Source: Azolla caroliniana (Eukaryota; Plantae; Polypodiophyta). From it: a stretch of 64,000 bases of DNA. The notes under the pieces were generated by a model that searched no databases, had not been told where the DNA came from, and was given only the letters and a program-made list of their open reading frames with translations. The position numbers were made by a program, and so were the translations under genes. Position 1 is the stretch's first letter; every line of letters starts with the position of its first letter. The stretch is taken from the NCBI GenBank assembly GCA_043228905.1, contig JBHGNT010000007.1:1426001-1490000 (forward strand), written 5' to 3'. Positions 60,046-64,000 of the stretch are shown in pieces.

Positions 60046-63000
60046 TTGAAGGCTTTGAGGCAAAAACGTATAACCCGAGATCATCAACATTGATTCTACC
60101 TCTTGCAATCCGAGACTGATAAAATTCATCCTGTCAAAGAAATTCCCAAATATATCCAGTTATATTTGCTCGATGAATATAAATCCATTTCAGTTATATA
60201 ATTCCATATTTGCATGGTACATATACAAAAAATGATTAAGTCTTGTTTCAAACACATACAGAAGGATGATACATATTTATGTATATCCAGTTATATAATG
60301 TCGTGTTTGCATTGTATAAACAAATGAATGATCCGTTGAAATGTCCAGTTATATAATTCCATTGCATTATACATACACAAAAGAATGCTCTGATGAAATA
60401 TATTGCATAATTAGGAAGGAATGCATACCTTCAATGCTTGGATGAAAGATGATACATTACTCTCTTTCACTAATGTGACAACACATCCACCCCATCCAGC
60501 TCCAGTTAGCCTAGCACCAAATGCCCCATTCTTTCTACATATACTTACAAGCTCCTCAAGTTCTGGGCAACTAAAATCAGTGCAACAAAACATAAACAAA
60601 ATTTTCGTTGAAATTATATTGATATGCTATCTGAAAAAGTAAATGTTTCTACATTAAAACGGAACTTTAAAACATTTTTATGCTATTTGTGATCAAATGA
60701 TTTTTCGTTATTAGAATGGTGTAGCACTTAATGAAATCATAGACTTAAACGTAAACCAATATGCTACGTTAAACAGAGTTTTTCTGTGCTATTTAGATTA
60801 AATGAAACTTAAATTGAGAATTTTTATTTGTTTGAGATATAGTGTAACTTGGAAAAGAGTATATTCGTGGTTAAAAGGGTGCATAATTTACCTGCATTCA
60901 TACAAGACACTGCAACTGTAATGGCTCTCATTCATCAACCGTCCTAGACTTTCAAGTATTTCCTGCTCACTGATTATCCAATTTTCAACCCCGCATGCTA
61001 TGTCAAATACTATGTTCAAAATAGTGCACATATACCCCCAATTTGTTTGGTGTTTACCAGAATACCCGTAAGTTTTCAAAATTTCCAGGATATTCTTAAG
61101 TTTTGAAAACAAACATCACAATCCATGTAATAGTGAATTTGGAACTATGAAAGGGTACTCCGGAAATCTTCAAAAGCATCAGGGTATTCTGATAAATAAC
61201 CAAACAAGTTACGTGTATTCCTGAGTACTTCTCTATTCATATAATATCTATACAAACAAATCTTCACATATAATATTTTGAACTCACCCCCCACCAGCTT
61301 CAACTGCTTCCCGAAATAAGAACACACGTTTGGCTTCTGTATATACATGTTTCGCTCTCTGCCAGAAAATTATGCCATGGATCAGGCTGGACTCTTGAAT
61401 GAACAAGAAAATAGAGATTTATTGCTGTGGTAATCTTACCTGATATAGCTTGAAATGCTCTGCAGCAGCCAAGACAGCCAAAGATGTTGGTGAATTTGAC
61501 ATAACAGAAGAGAGAGATTCTGATATTAAAGCTTCAATTTCTGCAGCTGTATAGGGCTCTTCATGCAGACATTTCTAGCCACAACCAGTGTGTAAGAAGC
61601 ATAGAGAGCAGAATTTCAATTGTTATTGTAAGTAAAAGACAAATTATTGTTTCCATATTTTAAAAAAATCTAAATGTGTAAAGAGGCACACGAAATGGAA
61701 TCAAATTTTATTATATCTGAAATGCATTTCTTGTTTTAATCTGAAATAAATATATATACACATGAATATTGTGTGAGAAAACATTAGTAAACAGAATTAT
61801 AAGTGGAAACCACCACTATTACAATCTGAACAAACATTTGTCATGTGCAAGAAAAGAATTTATTGTTGCAATCTGAGAAAAACAAGCAAACAATTTTCAA
61901 GATAACCACACACACACAACGTTCACCTCAACAGCGACCACTGGATCAGATGAACCCTCAGATGCAGCAAACGATACACAAAGACCTTCAATATCAGATA
62001 GTGTGTGTACACTTGTAATTGCTTCCTTCACAGGTATGCCCAGTTTCACGGCTAACACGATCTGGAAAAGAAATGTCATTAAAATTAGGAAAAAAAACAC
62101 CAAATTATACCTAGCTTGTTGGGTTTTCGTGGAATACTCATCAGATCTCAAAAAATACTGGAATAACCCCTGTATGGTGTTCAAAATTTACTACGTCTGA
62201 TCATTCAGGTAAAATTTCAAACTCTGCAATATTCTCACAAATACCCAGCAAGTTGGATGCAAAACTGCAAACTAAGTGCATTGTTTTTTATTGAAATTTC
62301 ATAATGATCAAAAGACATACATTGAAAAGATATAAAATCAAAACAAAAACAAAAACACATACAGCAGCCAATCTACATTCAACCACTCTATTATTGTAAT
62401 TTGTGGCAGCAGTGACGGCTTTCTTGGATTCAGCTAAAGAGTGAGCAATCACAAAGGTGCCCCCATTTGGCAGTAAAATATCTGTTGCTCGAATGGGATT
62501 GAAATCAATCAAATTTGCAAACCCAGATTTCGCCATGACAGATATTGCCTGTAAATATTCATTTCGTCAATGTTCCCATAATTGTATGGCAAATCTGGTA
62601 TTGAACACAAATTTGTACAGAACTGTAAACCTACTTTTTTCCATTACCTGGTCCATTCCACCTGACTGAGTGCCTATGTGGTGTTCACACGTACAAGTGA
62701 ACTCAGCAACTTCTTTCTGCAAAAATGCAATAGAAACATTACTAGGTAGCAGAGACAAGCACCAAAATACCAAAATTACACAGAACACCACAAAATTTGT
62801 TGTTTTTAAAGATAAAGAAAAACCATCCCACTGCATTAATTTTTTATTCTTGGGGCATATTTGGGTAATTGAGAAAACATGAGTGTATTCTGGTAAACAC
62901 CAAACCGTTCAGGGGTATTTAAGTTGTTTTATCTCTAAGTTTTAAGGAAGATTCTTTGCAAACCTGTGGGAAGTTCAGGCCCAAGACTGCCATTATTGCA

Positions 63001-63712
63001 ATAGAAGACGAGCACACCAGAGCTGCTGAGCTAGATAATCCAGACCCTGCAAATATATATACTTTGACCTTCATTTCAAAAAGTTCCGACACTATATCCT
63101 GCTATAATGACTGCACAATGGTAAGGATAATGGTAATTGGCAAAGGTAATGTAATGTGACCTAAATAAAAGAGTCATATGCGTCAGCAGGTCACAATTAA
63201 ACTTAACATCCTGAAGAGATTCTCCATGTGCTGCATTTTCTTTGGATTTTTCTTATTTGAGTTGTTTGAGAAACATTAGCAATGCTCAAACGTGCATGTG
63301 AATGTCACAAACCAATGGGTTTAAACTTATTTTATTTACAGTATAACATCTGTCAGAGACCAATTTGACATACAGAATAACTCTAGATAGACAGAGAAAA
63401 TATATCATTAAATAGACAGTTATGGGACATGACAATCCCATGGCAATGATCAACCTTGGGTTCTCTCAATACCTGTGGGAACAGTGCCATCAATCAACAC
63501 TTCAAGTCCTGTTGGAGGTTCAAATTTTATGCCTTTACTGTCCAGGTATTCATACAGTCCTTTGTACCTGTAGGAAAATTAAGTTCCTTCTCTAGCTACC
63601 AGAATGAACAACTTACACTATTAACAGGTGTCAGTACATTGCATTAATTTTTAAGCCAAACTTACCCGCAAAGAAAATAATGTGCCCACACAAGGTTTTT
63701 AAGATCAATTTC
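60020..63712 (-). CDS. GALK: Galactokinase (GHMP kinase), last 10 exons; 5' part outside the window
   Basis: Exons 63712-63666, 63567-63473, 63046-62964, 62716-62648, 62548-62363, 62061-61927, 61574-61440, 61358-61288, 60969-60892, 60570-60429, 60130-60020, in continuous frame (11 listed; the first is the most 5' exon visible). Motifs [93 protein letters not shown]. Confidence 0.96.
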
Positions 63713-64000
63713 CTGCAACAGAAATTACCACGTCAATGAGGAGATCACAATTGTTTGAATATCTATTTAATTGATACCACAGAAATTAATTAATCCCTTA
63801 CGAGAATTATTAAGAAAATCTCAAATTGGAAACTGAAAAATGCACATGCCTTTCCAATAACTGCTCATATAGTGAGAAAGACGCCACAGGACTTGGGCTC
63901 AAAAAAGAATGGTCATGACATTAATATGTTTTTTTTAATCACATTGGATAACTTCTTGCCATCTTGTAGAGAATGACTTTTAATATAATGATGATTAATA

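Overview
Eukaryotic, intron-rich, AT-rich land-plant nuclear DNA. A fern-like origin is inferred from the LINE families and decayed PPR-like sequence, but not proven. Six host genes can be reconstructed exon by exon with GT-AG introns and continuous frames: a GT29 sialyltransferase-like gene of the SIA1/MGP2 type (-, 11 coding exons, 468 aa); a UBC4/5/6-type (UBE2H-like) E2 (+, 6 exons, 183 aa); two divergently oriented GH17 beta-1,3-glucanase paralogs (389 aa on -, 376 aa on +); a type II DnaJ (-, 3 exons, 336 aa); and the 3' ten exons of galactokinase (-), running off the right edge. The clearest mobile feature is a complete 4903-bp hAT DNA transposon (9966-14868). It has 17-bp TIRs, a perfect 8-bp TSD and an uninterrupted spliced 676-aa transposase, and sits in a ~78-bp minisatellite 224 bp upstream of the SIA1 start codon. 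The 15 kb between the two glucanases is a pile of LINE fragments (RTEX-like and L1-like, two with exact 15-16 bp TSDs), possibly nested in an LTR. The least expected signal is a ~215-bp element at 54904-55121 with Helentron/HINE-like architecture and an internally amplified 21-bp unit. Other oddities: a perfect 70-bp duplication spanning the galactokinase stop, (GCCATC)8 fused to the UBC ATG, a five-tract G-quadruplex motif upstream of DnaJ, and a 30-bp repeat that forms a small ORF behind DnaJ. No CRISPR arrays, rRNA or intact tRNA genes were seen. I did not find a defensible novel multi-gene system.
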